A stretch of DNA of 64,000 nt from Sulfitobacter sp. GTDB lineage: Bacteria; Pseudomonadota; Alphaproteobacteria; Rhodobacterales; Rhodobacteraceae. Every line of letters begins with the position of its first letter. Position 1 is the stretch's first letter. The notes under the pieces were generated by a model, which was not told the origin of the DNA, did no database searches, and saw only the letters and a program-made list of their open reading frames with translations. The stretch is taken from the NCBI GenBank assembly GCA_049680295.1, contig JBAUHN010000355.1, positions 8,836-72,835 of the forward strand, written 5' to 3'. Position numbers and translations under genes: made by a program. Shown here one piece after another: positions 36,528 through 46,439 of this stretch.

Positions 36528-37913
36528 CTATTCCACCGAGGCCACAACATGGTCGGGCATTGGCGCTGTATTCATACCCAATGCGACCCGCAGCGAGATG
36601 AAATCGACCGCCAGATCACGTTGGTTGCTGGTCAGCACCGAGCGCGATGTGGTCACCGTCCGCTCGCGGTCCAGCAGGTCCAGAACGGTGATGTTGCCGC
36701 GGCTTTCCAGCAGGCGGCGCGACAGGTTCAGGGCGTTTTCGTTCAGGGTGACCACCTGACGGGACGCGCGTACCGCCGCATAGGAGGCATGCAGCGAATT
36801 CAGCGCGGTCTCGACCTCTTCAACGGCTGTCAGAACCACCTGACGCCATTCTTCATAGGCCTGATCGGCGCGCGCCGCACTGGCGCCCACTTCGGCCTGC
36901 AATGTGGGTTGGTTGAACACCGGTAAAACCAGACCGGCAGACAGCGATTCACTGCTCGATCCACCGCCAAAGGGCGCGCGGATCACACCGCTGAGGCTGA
37001 GCCGCGGATAGCGCGCGGCATGGGCCTCGTCGATGCCCGACACGGCGGCGGCATACAGCCGCTCGGCGGCGCGCACATCAGGGCGGTTGCGCAAGATATC
37101 AGCCGGCACGCCAACTTTGGACAGGCCCGGCGGGTTGGGCTGTCTGCCCGAAAACGCCAGATTGATGTTCATCATGCCGACAGGTTTGCCCACCAGCGTC
37201 GACAGGCGGTTGCGTTCGCGCACAATGCTGGCGCCAAGTTTGGGCAGATCCACCTGCAATTCAGCCACCAGTGCCTTGGCGCGCACAACATCCAGTTCCG
37301 TCGACACACCGATATCACGCTGCGTGGTAATCTCGCGCAATGTTACCCGGCGCGAGCGCAGATCCTGGTTCCGCTCGACCAGGCTTTTCTGGAAGAACCG
37401 CATATTCACATAAGATTGCGCCACCTCGGACAGCAGCAGGCGGCGGGCGTCCAATTCGCCCAGACGCGCCGCCTCAAGCCGGGCAGCCGAGGCTTTTTTC
37501 CGCGCCGTGCCGACGCCAAAGGGGTCAAACAGGGCCGACAATCCGACCTCGGCGTTGTCACTGTCGGTATTTGCAACCGTGCCTTGCAGGCGGCCGTCAC
37601 CTGACACGGTATTGCCCGCCGCGCGCACCCCGGCCTCGGCTTCTCTGATCCGGGCAGCGGCCTGGCGCAGCGATGGGTTGTCGGCAAAGGCCTGATCAAT
37701 CAGCTGGTTCAACACCGGGTCGTGGAAATCCGTCCACCAGCGTTCATCGGCCAGCGACGGCCCATGCACCGGTGCAATCAGCGAATACTTGTCAGAAAGC
37801 CGCATATTCGGGGCGTTATAAGGCAGGCTGAGATCACAGCCCGACACAAAAACCGCTGCCAAAAGGGTCAGCGCCATCGGGGATTTCAGTCCCCGGGATT
37901 CATAAAAGCCCAT
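36528..37913 (-). CDS. Outer-membrane efflux lipoprotein (OMF, NodT family)
   Basis: Lipobox LLAAVFVSGC, and duplicated TolC-like halves with a typical pattern (WWTDFHDPVLNQLI.., RPDVRAAERLYAAA..). Confidence 0.85.
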   Translation of the reverse strand: MGFYESRGLKSPMALTLLAAVFVSGCDLSLPYNAPNMRLSDKYSLIAPVHGPSLADERWWTDFHDPVLNQLIDQAFADNPSLRQAAARIREAEAGVRAAGNTVSGDGRLQGTVANTDSDNAEVGLSALFDPFGVGTARKKASAARLEAARLGELDARRLLLSEVAQSYVNMRFFQKSLVERNQDLRSRRVTLREITTQRDIGVSTELDVVRAKALVAELQVDLPKLGASIVRERNRLSTLVGKPVGMMNINLAFSGRQPNPPGLSKVGVPADILRNRPDVRAAERLYAAAVSGIDEAHAARYPRLSLSGVIRAPFGGGSSSESLSAGLVLPVFNQPTLQAEVGASAARADQAYEEWRQVVLTAVEEVETALNSLHASYAAVRASRQVVTLNENALNLSRRLLESRGNITVLDLLDRERTVTTSRSVLTSNQRDLAVDFISLRVALGMNTAPMPDHVVASVE

Positions 37914-38192
37914 AATACTGCCTTAACTAAACTCTGCCTCAACGGGTCATTTTTTCTGAACATGCGACCTCGTCCTTGAAAACATAGCATAATTTATCGG
38001 GGCGTATCGCCCGCCAAACCGCGCATTGGCATTTTCTGGCGGTTTGTTGCCCTCCTGCCCCACCTTTGGGGGGGCGCAGGGGCGGCGTCCTGACCCGAAT
38101 CGCGGCGCGCCCTCGGGCTGCCAAGACTTGTAGGGCCCCCTCTTTGATCTTAAGGCTTTGCTGGATTTGGATTTAAAAAAGGGTTTCGGGCA

Positions 38193-39302
38193 ATGGAAAA
38201 AACAGTTGTGAACAGCTGGAATGAATGGGACCCGTTGCGTCATGTGATCGTCGGCCGGGCGGATGATTGCCATATCCCCCCCGAGGAACCCGCGCTGGAC
38301 GCCAAAGTCCCCGAAGACAGTGATATGCGCGGCCAATGGGGGCGACGCCCACAAGATACGATCGACCGCGCCAATGAACTGCTGGATGGGTTCGCGTCGC
38401 AGCTGCGTGCCCGCGGCATCAGGGTCGACCGGCCCACGTCGATTGATCATTCCCTGCCTGCCACCACGCCTGATTTCCACACCGCCAGCCAGTTTGGCTG
38501 CATGCCGCCGCGCGATGTGTTGCTGACCGTGGGATCGGAAATGCTGGAGGCGACGATGTCTTATCGCTGCCGCTGGTTTGAATATCTCAACTACCGCCCC
38601 CTGATGCAGCAGTATTTCAACGAAGACCCGAATTTCCGCCATGAAAGCGCGCCCAAGCCGCGGCTGACGGATGCGGATTATCACCCTGATTACCTGAGCG
38701 ATAAAATCGGCGATGCCAAGCGGCTGGAATGGGCGGCGGATAAGTTTTTTGTCACCACCGAGGAAGAGCCGCTGTTTGATGCCGCCGACGTCTTGCGCTT
38801 TGGCCGTGATCTGGTGGTGCAGCACGGATTTACCACCAACCTTAAAGGCATCGAATGGCTGCGCCGGCATTTTCCCGATCACCGGGTGCATGCGGTCAAT
38901 TTCCCCGGCGATCCCTATCCTATTCATATTGATGCGACGTTCACCCCCCTGCGCCCCGGCCTGATCCTGAACAACCCGCAGCGCCGCCTGCCCGAAGGCC
39001 AGCGCGAGATGTTCAACAAAAACGGCTGGGAGATCGTGGACGCGGTGCGCCCCGCCCATAACACGCCGCCGCCGTTGTGTTATTCCTCCACATGGCTGAG
39101 CATGAACGTGCTGGTGCTGGACCCGAAAACCGTCTGCGTCGAGAAATCCGAGGTCTATCAGGCCGAACAGATGGACAAGCTGGGCATGGAGGTCGTCGAG
39201 GTCGAAATGCGCGACGCCTATGCCTTTGGCGGCGGGCTGCATTGCTGCACGGCGGATGTCTACCGCGAAGGGAGCTGTGAAGATTATTTCCCGAATATGT
39301 AG
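38193..39302 (+). CDS. Amidinotransferase, glycine amidinotransferase (AGAT)/StrB1 family
   Basis: Full-length collinearity with vertebrate AGAT as I remember it: NSWNEWDPLRHVIVGR, TPDF, MPPRDVLL, FDAAD (Asp), PIHIDATF (His), WLSMNVLVLD, and C-terminal GGGLHCCTADVYREG (catalytic Cys). Confidence 0.88.
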   Translation: MEKTVVNSWNEWDPLRHVIVGRADDCHIPPEEPALDAKVPEDSDMRGQWGRRPQDTIDRANELLDGFASQLRARGIRVDRPTSIDHSLPATTPDFHTASQFGCMPPRDVLLTVGSEMLEATMSYRCRWFEYLNYRPLMQQYFNEDPNFRHESAPKPRLTDADYHPDYLSDKIGDAKRLEWAADKFFVTTEEEPLFDAADVLRFGRDLVVQHGFTTNLKGIEWLRRHFPDHRVHAVNFPGDPYPIHIDATFTPLRPGLILNNPQRRLPEGQREMFNKNGWEIVDAVRPAHNTPPPLCYSSTWLSMNVLVLDPKTVCVEKSEVYQAEQMDKLGMEVVEVEMRDAYAFGGGLHCCTADVYREGSCEDYFPNM

Positions 39303-39321
39303 GGGGGTGAGACCCGTCTCG

Positions 39322-39344
39322 GAAACTGTCCGGGGGACAGTTTC
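39322..39344 (+). terminator. Perfect 10-bp stem hairpin after the amidinotransferase stop
   Basis: gaaactgtcc-ggg-ggacagtttc, 20 nt downstream of the stop. No U-tract, so terminator function is uncertain. Confidence 0.35.
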
Positions 39345-39394
39345 AGGGTCGAACGGGCGCAGCCCCGGAGGCGGCGTTTCAGAGCGCCCCGCCT

Positions 39395-39490
39395 TAAACA
39401 TGTTTCACTTGTTCGCTGCCTTCGCCTGCGGCTCAACGCGAAAAGTGATGCTTAATGGCTCAGGTTAAAGGCGGGACGCTTTAATCAGGA
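39395..39490. repeat. Intergenic repeat family, copy D (module 1, rearranged)
   Basis: cacttgttcgctgccttcgcctgcggctcaacgcgaaaagtg matches the module-1 hairpin of copies B and C. The adjoining ggcgggacgctttaatcagg matches the module-1 end in the opposite orientation. Confidence 0.65.
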
Positions 39491-39600
39491 TTTTCTTCGG
39501 CCCACTGGACGGCCAATAACGGCTTTGCGGGACAAAACGATCATTGACGCGTCTCAAATGAATGGCTGGTTTCGATGTAACGCGACTAAAAATGGAATAA

Positions 39601-40044
39601 CTAAGTCATCCGGCGGCTTAGAAATAGAAGGCCTAGGGTCACAGCGACGACCACTACCGCGATGAAGATTTCCTCTGAAGGGCGATCTCCGCCAGTGCCA
39701 CTTATGACGTAAACCCATACATAATAGATCGCCGCTGAGACGACAGATAAAGCAAACACCAGCTTTGCATTGGATGACTCGGCGAAGAGCAGAATTGATC
39801 CCAACAGCCCTGCGCCCGACGCGACAGCGAAGGCGACCCATATTAAGAGTGGTGTTCCATCAATGGCTGCAGCGTGTGCCGCAGTGATAGCACCGGCTTC
39901 GGACGCGGCGAGGGTTTCCATTGAATACCCAAGCCAGAATTGAAGCAGGCCAAATGCGTACCAAACGATCCCAATTATCGCGATGATCTTAAGCCATTTG
40001 GGTGCATCAGTGGATGTTTTCATAGTAGCTGAGGTGTCCATCAT
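39601..40044 (-). CDS. Hypothetical membrane protein (low-GC cassette)
   Basis: 147 aa with four hydrophobic helices. No motif recognised. Confidence 0.5.
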   Translation of the reverse strand: MMDTSATMKTSTDAPKWLKIIAIIGIVWYAFGLLQFWLGYSMETLAASEAGAITAAHAAAIDGTPLLIWVAFAVASGAGLLGSILLFAESSNAKLVFALSVVSAAIYYVWVYVISGTGGDRPSEEIFIAVVVVAVTLGLLFLSRRMT

Positions 40045-40080
40045 TAAATCCTTTCAACAAGTATCATTTCATAGATGGCG

Positions 40081-40608
40081 TTATTTGAGTGGCCAGTTTT
40101 CGATGCTTTGGCCCTTCTTTGCCAACAACCCAAAAACCGGTGACAGCAATCCAACCATTCGGCCCGTCAAGGCGGGGCGTCCAGTTTCGCAAAGTGTCTT
40201 CAAGTTCGAGCCTATAAATCCTTGAGCGCCTGCCATTTCCTTGAAGAGTTTTCCGCCTTCAATTGCATTCTCAATGGTGAGCGAAAACTCGGTTCCCCCA
40301 TCCTTTTCAACAAGTTCGTATGTCACCTTGCAGGGTGGTTCATCGATATTGGTCATCTGGAACGTGTGGGAATAAATTCGTGGCGGGTCGAACGCGACAA
40401 CCTCACCAACGACCATCGCTACCTTTTTGTTTGGGTGAACCATTCTGTAGCTTGCGCCGGGTTTCAGGCCGTCAGTTGTCTGGCAAATGGAACCAAAGAA
40501 AAACGGCAGCGCCTTATCAGTTGCAACTAGCGTTGACCAAACCGTCTCGATCGGAGCTTTGATAAAAGTGCGGTTGATATTGGCTTTGGCGAATACCGGT
40601 TCAGTCAT
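40081..40608 (-). CDS. SRPBCC-superfamily protein (AHSA1 / activator of Hsp90 ATPase homolog-like)
   Basis: INRTFIKAPIETVWSTLV.. start typical of the SRPBCC/AHSA1 fold. Overlaps the upstream ArsR gene by 8 nt, which is the common ArsR-SRPBCC pairing. Confidence 0.7.
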   Translation of the reverse strand: MTEPVFAKANINRTFIKAPIETVWSTLVATDKALPFFFGSICQTTDGLKPGASYRMVHPNKKVAMVVGEVVAFDPPRIYSHTFQMTNIDEPPCKVTYELVEKDGGTEFSLTIENAIEGGKLFKEMAGAQGFIGSNLKTLCETGRPALTGRMVGLLSPVFGLLAKKGQSIENWPLK

Positions 40609-40960
40609 CGTTTTCCCTCTCTTCCAATTTACGTACCGCTGCCTCAGCAGCGTGCTTGATTATGTTCACCCGATCAGCCCAATGGGATGAATAGGTGTCG
40701 GTCCATCGTTCGTGGATGTCTTGGATTGGCATGGCGTTTAGATAGAGCCTGCGTGACCGCCCGTCTTTCTCACTGATGACGAGTTCAGCTTTCTCGAGAA
40801 CAGCCAGATGGTTCATTACAGCGATCCGGCTAACATCAAAATGACTAGCCAATTTACCCACAGTTAGACCGGGATCAGCCCGTACATGATCCAGCATTGC
40901 GCGTCGGGTCACGTGTGCCAACGCGTGAAAGATCGAATCCATGTCATCATTAGTAATCAT
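40601..40960 (-). CDS. ArsR/SmtB family transcriptional regulator
   Basis: FHALAHVTRRAMLDHV..LTVGKLASHFDVSRIAVMNHLAVLEKAELV winged-helix HTH. Confidence 0.85.
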   Translation of the reverse strand: MITNDDMDSIFHALAHVTRRAMLDHVRADPGLTVGKLASHFDVSRIAVMNHLAVLEKAELVISEKDGRSRRLYLNAMPIQDIHERWTDTYSSHWADRVNIIKHAAEAAVRKLEERENDD

Positions 40961-41164
40961 GTAATTACATTATTACACATATAAGACGTGTCAAGTGGAT
41001 TGCGCGTAAAGCTTTCGAAGCCACTGATTAGCCAAATACTGGGAAGCGGACTTTGCTACGAAGTGCAGCATCCGTCACTCTGGGCTCAAACCGGCCATTG
41101 ACGTGACCATCGCCCGGGCTGCCGCCGGAGGGCGTGTATGCGGCGGATCACCGGACAATCCGCC

Positions 41165-41665
41165 TCACGCAGAGGCAGAGCGACCTCTGAGCGTGATGAC
41201 CCGCAACGCACGGCCCGTGAAGCTGCCAGAGCACATACCGATCACACTTGCAAAAATGGCGGTAAAGACTGTCATTTCTCGCATCTGCGGCGCAACAGCT
41301 TCAACCACGCCGTTCACAAAGTTTGAAAAGAAAATGAGCATCAGGATCAGGATCGTTATGCGATCGCCCTTGAGCCGCATGGTCCAGCCGGTTTTTTGCA
41401 GGATCAAGCCATCTTGCCACCGAAAGGCGAGCGCGACACCAACCAAGTAGCTGACAGCAAAAACAGTCCAGCTTGTCGGGACATGAACAAGCCCGCTGAT
41501 CGCATTGGCCGCAGACAGGCCAAACAGCGGATAAAAGAAATACGGTATGATTGAGCTGTTCCGGGTGCGCATCGCCAAAAAGCCGATGAGCAGCAGAATA
41601 AAAAACAGCGGCCAAATCCAAACCGGCGCATTCTGCCAGATCCCAAGTAAAACCTCGCGCATCAT
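41165..41665 (-). CDS. Hypothetical five-TM membrane protein
   Basis: 166 aa hydrophobic ORF. No motif recognised. Confidence 0.45.
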   Translation of the reverse strand: MMREVLLGIWQNAPVWIWPLFFILLLIGFLAMRTRNSSIIPYFFYPLFGLSAANAISGLVHVPTSWTVFAVSYLVGVALAFRWQDGLILQKTGWTMRLKGDRITILILMLIFFSNFVNGVVEAVAPQMREMTVFTAIFASVIGMCSGSFTGRALRVITLRGRSASA

Positions 41666-41808
41666 AGAAAGACCCAGTCTGTTTTGTTGATAATTTCCGG
41701 CGCGTTGTTGCCGTTTTCAATCATGAGGTCGAGTGCAAAATACATGAAGGCCCGGAACAAAGCCGCAGGCGCCGGGCCAGTGCCTGCTTGCTTTACCCCA
41801 GCCAAACC

Positions 41809-43116
41809 CTATTCGCGGAAGGCGCGGTTAAAGAAATTCATCAGCGGCTGCGTCAGATATTCAAACGCGGTGCGATCGCCGGTCTTGATATAGACCTCGA
41901 CCGGCATCCCCGGCAGCAGCACCTGACCCGTCAGCTTGGCCAGATCCGTCTCAAGCGGCAGAATCTTGGTTTCATAATAATTGGCCCCGGAATTCGGATC
42001 GACAATCACATCCGCCGAGATTTGCGACAGCTTGCCGCCCATTTCGGGCATTTCGCGCTGATCAAAGGCGGAAAAACGCAAGGTTGCATCCTGGCCCAGA
42101 TAGACCTCGTCGATGTTAATCGAATTGATCCGGGCGGACACCACAAGCGGTTGATCTTGCGGGATAATATACATCAGATCGGCGGCGGGCTGCACCACGG
42201 ACTGCACCGCAAAGACCTGATTTTCATAAATGATCCCGCCCACAGGCGCCTTGATATCGAGCCGCGATATGGTGTCGCGCAGCGCGCCGCGGCGCTCCAG
42301 CAACTCGATCTCGCGAAATTGCAGATCGCGCAACGCGGTCACCGCCTCTTCGCGGCGGCGGGTTTCAAGCTGCAACAGACCAATCTGATTGCTGGTCGCC
42401 TGCCCGCGCAATTCGGCAATCTCGGCCTCCAGCCGTCCGGTCTGGCCCAAAAGTTCGGCCCGTTCCCGGCGCAGCCCCAGCACGCGCGAGGCTTGCGTCA
42501 ACTGCTGCTTGAGCAGCTTTTCCTGATCGGCAAGCTCGCCTTCCATGATCTCGCTTTGCGCGGCCAGGGCCTCAAGCTGGGAATTGATGCCCTTGACGCG
42601 GTTTTCGATTTGCAGGTTCTGTTCGCCCAGCAGATCAATTTCCTGCGCCAGCGCCTCGCGGCGGGCATTAAACAGGGTGCTTTCGCCCTCGACCTGTTTG
42701 CGCGCATCCGGGTTTGAGGCCGCAAGGGCCAAAAGCTCCGGTGCAAAGGTGATCTCGGCGGCGCCATCGCGTTCGGCTTCCAGCCGGGCCTGGCGCGCCA
42801 TGATTTCCTGCAACTGACCCACGACAATGGCCAGATCAGACATCAGCCGGGTGCCATCCAGGCGCACCAGCACATCACCGGGGGCAACCTGATCGCCGTT
42901 CTTGACCAGAATGTCGCCGACAACGCCGCCCTCAAGATGCTGAATGACCTGGCGGTTGCTTTCCACCTGCACCGTGCCCGAAGCCACAACAGCGCCCGAG
43001 ATATTGGCCCGCATGCCCCAGTAGCCCAGCCCCAGAACCAGCGCCGAAATGGCCAGAATGCCCGCAACAAGCGGCAGCTTGGCGCCCCAGACAGGGGCTT
43101 TTTCTTGTGCCTTCAT
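41809..43116 (-). CDS. HlyD-family type I secretion membrane-fusion protein
   Basis: N-terminal TM, GTVQVESNRQVIQHLEGGVVGDILVKNGDQV lipoyl-like motif, long coiled coil, and C-terminal LLPGMPVEVYIKTGDRT. Confidence 0.9.
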   Translation of the reverse strand: MKAQEKAPVWGAKLPLVAGILAISALVLGLGYWGMRANISGAVVASGTVQVESNRQVIQHLEGGVVGDILVKNGDQVAPGDVLVRLDGTRLMSDLAIVVGQLQEIMARQARLEAERDGAAEITFAPELLALAASNPDARKQVEGESTLFNARREALAQEIDLLGEQNLQIENRVKGINSQLEALAAQSEIMEGELADQEKLLKQQLTQASRVLGLRRERAELLGQTGRLEAEIAELRGQATSNQIGLLQLETRRREEAVTALRDLQFREIELLERRGALRDTISRLDIKAPVGGIIYENQVFAVQSVVQPAADLMYIIPQDQPLVVSARINSINIDEVYLGQDATLRFSAFDQREMPEMGGKLSQISADVIVDPNSGANYYETKILPLETDLAKLTGQVLLPGMPVEVYIKTGDRTAFEYLTQPLMNFFNRAFRE

Positions 43117-43120
43117 AGCC

Positions 43121-44854
43121 TCAGACCGCCTTTCGGTTGACCAGCGATTTTTTCACGTTGCCCGCGTTTTTCAGCATTTTATCCATCACCTCATCGCGCG
43201 GACCCATGGATGCAATGATGCCGTTTTCAACCACCATCAGCGTGTCGCATTCGGCAATCGCAATCGGGCGGTGGGTCATGATGATGACCGAATGGCCCGC
43301 CTTTTTGAAACCGCGCACGGCAAAGTTCAGCGCTTCTGATCCATCCGAATCCAGCGCCGAGTTCGGCTCATCCAGGATCAGCAGCACCGGGTCGCCATAA
43401 AGCGCCCGCGCCAGGGCGATGCGCTGGCGCTGGCCGCCCGACAGCTGGTTTTCATTGCCGTTGAGAACCGTATCATAGCCATCGGGCAATTGGGTGATCA
43501 TGTCATGCGCGTTGGACCGCCGGGCGGCGGCGACCACAGCTTCGGCATCGGGGGTTTGCGACATGCGGGCGATGTTTTCGGCCACCGTGCCGCTGAACAG
43601 GGTCACCGATTGCGGCAGATAGCCAATGTGCTGGCCCAGCCGTTCGGGATCATATTGGTCCAGCGTCGCGCCGCCCAGCCGCACTTCGCCCGCGGCAGGC
43701 TGCCAATAGCCCAAAAGCGTGCGCGCCAGTGTCGATTTACCCGATCCGCTGCGGCCAATGACGCCAAGCGCCTTGCCCGGTTGCAATTCGAACGACAGCG
43801 CGCGCAATGTCGGCACCTTGCCCCCCGGAGGTACAACCGTCAGCCCCAGAACTTTCAGCCGCGCCTCGGGCACCGGCAGTTGCGTCCGCTCGACCATGGG
43901 CGGGACTTTTGCCAAATAATCCGACAGCGCCTGCCAGCCGGCGCGCGCGCGCTGCAGCAGCGGCCACTGGCCCATGGATTGTTCAATCGGCGCCAGCGCG
44001 CGGCCCAAAAGGATGGTGCCCGCGATCATTGAGCCGGGCGTCATTTCGCCCTTGAGCACATAAAACGCGCCCAGGCCCAGCATCGCGGATTGCAAAAACA
44101 TCCGGAATGATTTGGTCAGTGATGTCAGGCTGCCGGTCCAGTCATTGGCACCAATGCTTTTGCGCAACCCGTCATTGCGCCGCAACAGCCAGCGATCGCG
44201 GATGGTCGAGCGCATGCCCTGGGCCAGAATAATCTCGCTGCCCGCACGGGCCTGATCGGCAAAGCTATGGGCGCCTTGCAGGGCGATCTGGCTTTGGCGG
44301 ACCCTGCGGGCAGTCAAAATCTGGTTGAGCAGCGCAAAGACAATCAGCACCGAAGCCCCGGCGACGGCCAGCCAGCCCAGCATCGGGTGAAACAGGAAAA
44401 TCGCCGCCACGAACAGCGGCGTCCAGGGCACATCCATCAGGGCCAGCAACAGCGGCGAGCCCAGAAAAGCCTGCACCGAATCCAGATCGCGCAGCACCGC
44501 CCCCGACACCGCCTGATCCTGCGGGTTGGTTGAACGGCGCAGCGTTGCCTCAAACACCCGCCCGTCCATGGCGGTCTGAAACCGCGCCCCCACCCGCGCC
44601 ATCACCCGGCCACGGGCAAAATCCAGCACCGCCATCAGGACAAACAATCCGGTGACAAGAATTGATAGCGCAATCAATGTCTCGACCGATTGCGACGACA
44701 GCACCCGGTCATAGACCTGCAACATATAAAGCGGCCCTGTCAGCATCAGCAGATTGACAAAGATGCTGAATATGATCGCCCAGAAAATAAGCGCGCGACC
44801 GCTGCGTTGGGCGGCGCGGAGTTCGTCGCGTCCGGGGGCTGGGGTTGAAGTCAT
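43121..44854 (-). CDS. Type I secretion system ABC permease/ATPase (PrtD/AprD type, no C39 domain)
   Basis: LMLTGPLYMLQVYDRVL TMD start; Walker A GRSGSGKST, signature LSGGQRQRIALARAL, Walker B LLILDEPNSALD. Start moved to the Met at 44854. Confidence 0.9.
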   Translation of the reverse strand: MTSTPAPGRDELRAAQRSGRALIFWAIIFSIFVNLLMLTGPLYMLQVYDRVLSSQSVETLIALSILVTGLFVLMAVLDFARGRVMARVGARFQTAMDGRVFEATLRRSTNPQDQAVSGAVLRDLDSVQAFLGSPLLLALMDVPWTPLFVAAIFLFHPMLGWLAVAGASVLIVFALLNQILTARRVRQSQIALQGAHSFADQARAGSEIILAQGMRSTIRDRWLLRRNDGLRKSIGANDWTGSLTSLTKSFRMFLQSAMLGLGAFYVLKGEMTPGSMIAGTILLGRALAPIEQSMGQWPLLQRARAGWQALSDYLAKVPPMVERTQLPVPEARLKVLGLTVVPPGGKVPTLRALSFELQPGKALGVIGRSGSGKSTLARTLLGYWQPAAGEVRLGGATLDQYDPERLGQHIGYLPQSVTLFSGTVAENIARMSQTPDAEAVVAAARRSNAHDMITQLPDGYDTVLNGNENQLSGGQRQRIALARALYGDPVLLILDEPNSALDSDGSEALNFAVRGFKKAGHSVIIMTHRPIAIAECDTLMVVENGIIASMGPRDEVMDKMLKNAGNVKKSLVNRKAV

Positions 44855-45234
44855 AACCTGGGGTCTACCTGTGTTCGGGTCGTCAGTCTGATCGCCATAG
44901 GGCTCATTGGCCGACAAAGATACTATCTGCGCCCTAAAGGGAAACAATTCCACAAGGCATGAGCGGTTGTCCTCCAGCCAGAGGGGGCCATCTGAGCAGA
45001 GGACCGCCACTTCGCAGGGATTCGCCTCTCGGTTTAGGGCAAGAGGTTTGCGCATTCAACTTTCGATGGAAATTACCACAGTATCAAGGCCTGTCACTGC
45101 CTCAAAAGCACCGGAGGCTTTGTTGCACTGGTTTGCAAACACAGTTATAATCGGCGCATAATTTTCTTTTGTTAAAGAACCGCTTTCATCGCTGACAGCA
45201 GCGATACGGGCCTGTGAATTTAAGGGGTAAGATC

Positions 45235-46203
45235 ATGACAGTTATGGCAGTGATAAAACGGATTGGGTTTTGCCTGTCCATGGCGGTTCTGGCGGCCTGT
45301 CAGGCGGGGGCGGCCAGCGATCTTCCCAACGCAGCAGGCGCCACCAGCGCGGCCCCGACCACAGATATTGCCCCGACACTGGCGCGCAGCCCCGACGCGC
45401 GCCGCCTGAACCTGCGCGTCATCCAATCAGGTCACAGCCTGACCGATCCGATCCCCGAGATTCTGCGCGGCATGGTCAGCGCCCGTGGCATCCAGAACCC
45501 GGTCATCGACCGATCCACCATTCCCGGCAGCCCGATGAGCTGGCGTTGGGACAACGCACCCGGATACGGCGAACCTGACGCGCGCGCCGACATCGGCAAA
45601 TACGAAGTGCTGGTGCTGACCGAAGGGGTGTCGATGTCGTTGACCCTGCCGCATCACAAATCCGATGAACTGGCTTTGCGCTGGTTCAAAAACACATGGT
45701 CCAAAGGCAACAATGGCAAAGGCGCCGAAACCATCCTTTATGCGTCCTGGGTCCATATCACCAGCGGCCCGAACTGGGAAAACCCCTATAAAGACCCCGA
45801 AGGCAATATCCCGTTCCGCAAGCGGCTGCCGCTGGAGTTCGCGCGCTGGGAACATGTGGCCAAATACGTCAATGCCAACCGCCCCAAGGGATCGCCCGCG
45901 ATGCGCATCATCCCCGGTCCTTTGCTGATGGCCGCCCTTTATGACGCAATTCAGGCCGGTAGGGCACCGGGGCTGACCAACATCTCGGATGTGTTCGAGG
46001 ATGAAATCCACGTCAACGATAAGGGCGCCTATTTTATCGCACTGGCACATTATGCTGTGATTTACGGCCAGAACCCGCGTGGATTGCCCTATAATCTTGG
46101 ATTGGCGCGACCGCCCAGCCGTGACCTTGCCCTGTGGATGCAGGATCTGGTCTGGAAAGTTGTGACAGATTACAAAGGCGCGGGCGTGCGGGCCTCTGGA
46201 TAA
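45235..46203 (+). CDS. Lipoprotein, SGNH-like hydrolase candidate (paralog 1 of the pair bracketing the PKS/NRPS locus)
   Basis: Lipobox AVLAAC, GHSL block (IQSGHSLTD) and C-terminal DEIHVND (DxxH). About 35-40% identity by eye with 62232-63164 across all blocks. Confidence 0.7.
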   Translation: MTVMAVIKRIGFCLSMAVLAACQAGAASDLPNAAGATSAAPTTDIAPTLARSPDARRLNLRVIQSGHSLTDPIPEILRGMVSARGIQNPVIDRSTIPGSPMSWRWDNAPGYGEPDARADIGKYEVLVLTEGVSMSLTLPHHKSDELALRWFKNTWSKGNNGKGAETILYASWVHITSGPNWENPYKDPEGNIPFRKRLPLEFARWEHVAKYVNANRPKGSPAMRIIPGPLLMAALYDAIQAGRAPGLTNISDVFEDEIHVNDKGAYFIALAHYAVIYGQNPRGLPYNLGLARPPSRDLALWMQDLVWKVVTDYKGAGVRASG

Positions 46204-46439
46204 TATGGCCTGCCGTTTCCCAGGGCCTGCGGGCAATGGTGAAATATCGCACCCCCCGATGAGGCCATACACCACATAGTTGCAATTGCACCCTACACGT
46301 TGCGCCGATTGGCCTCCTTCGCGTATTCTGCCCTTAACAAATTTTTTTAAAAAAAGCGTCTAGAAGACAGATTACCGCCCCAAAGACACCCTAATTTTTG
46401 TATTAAGACAGACAGTATTAAAGAGGATGCCCGAACGTT

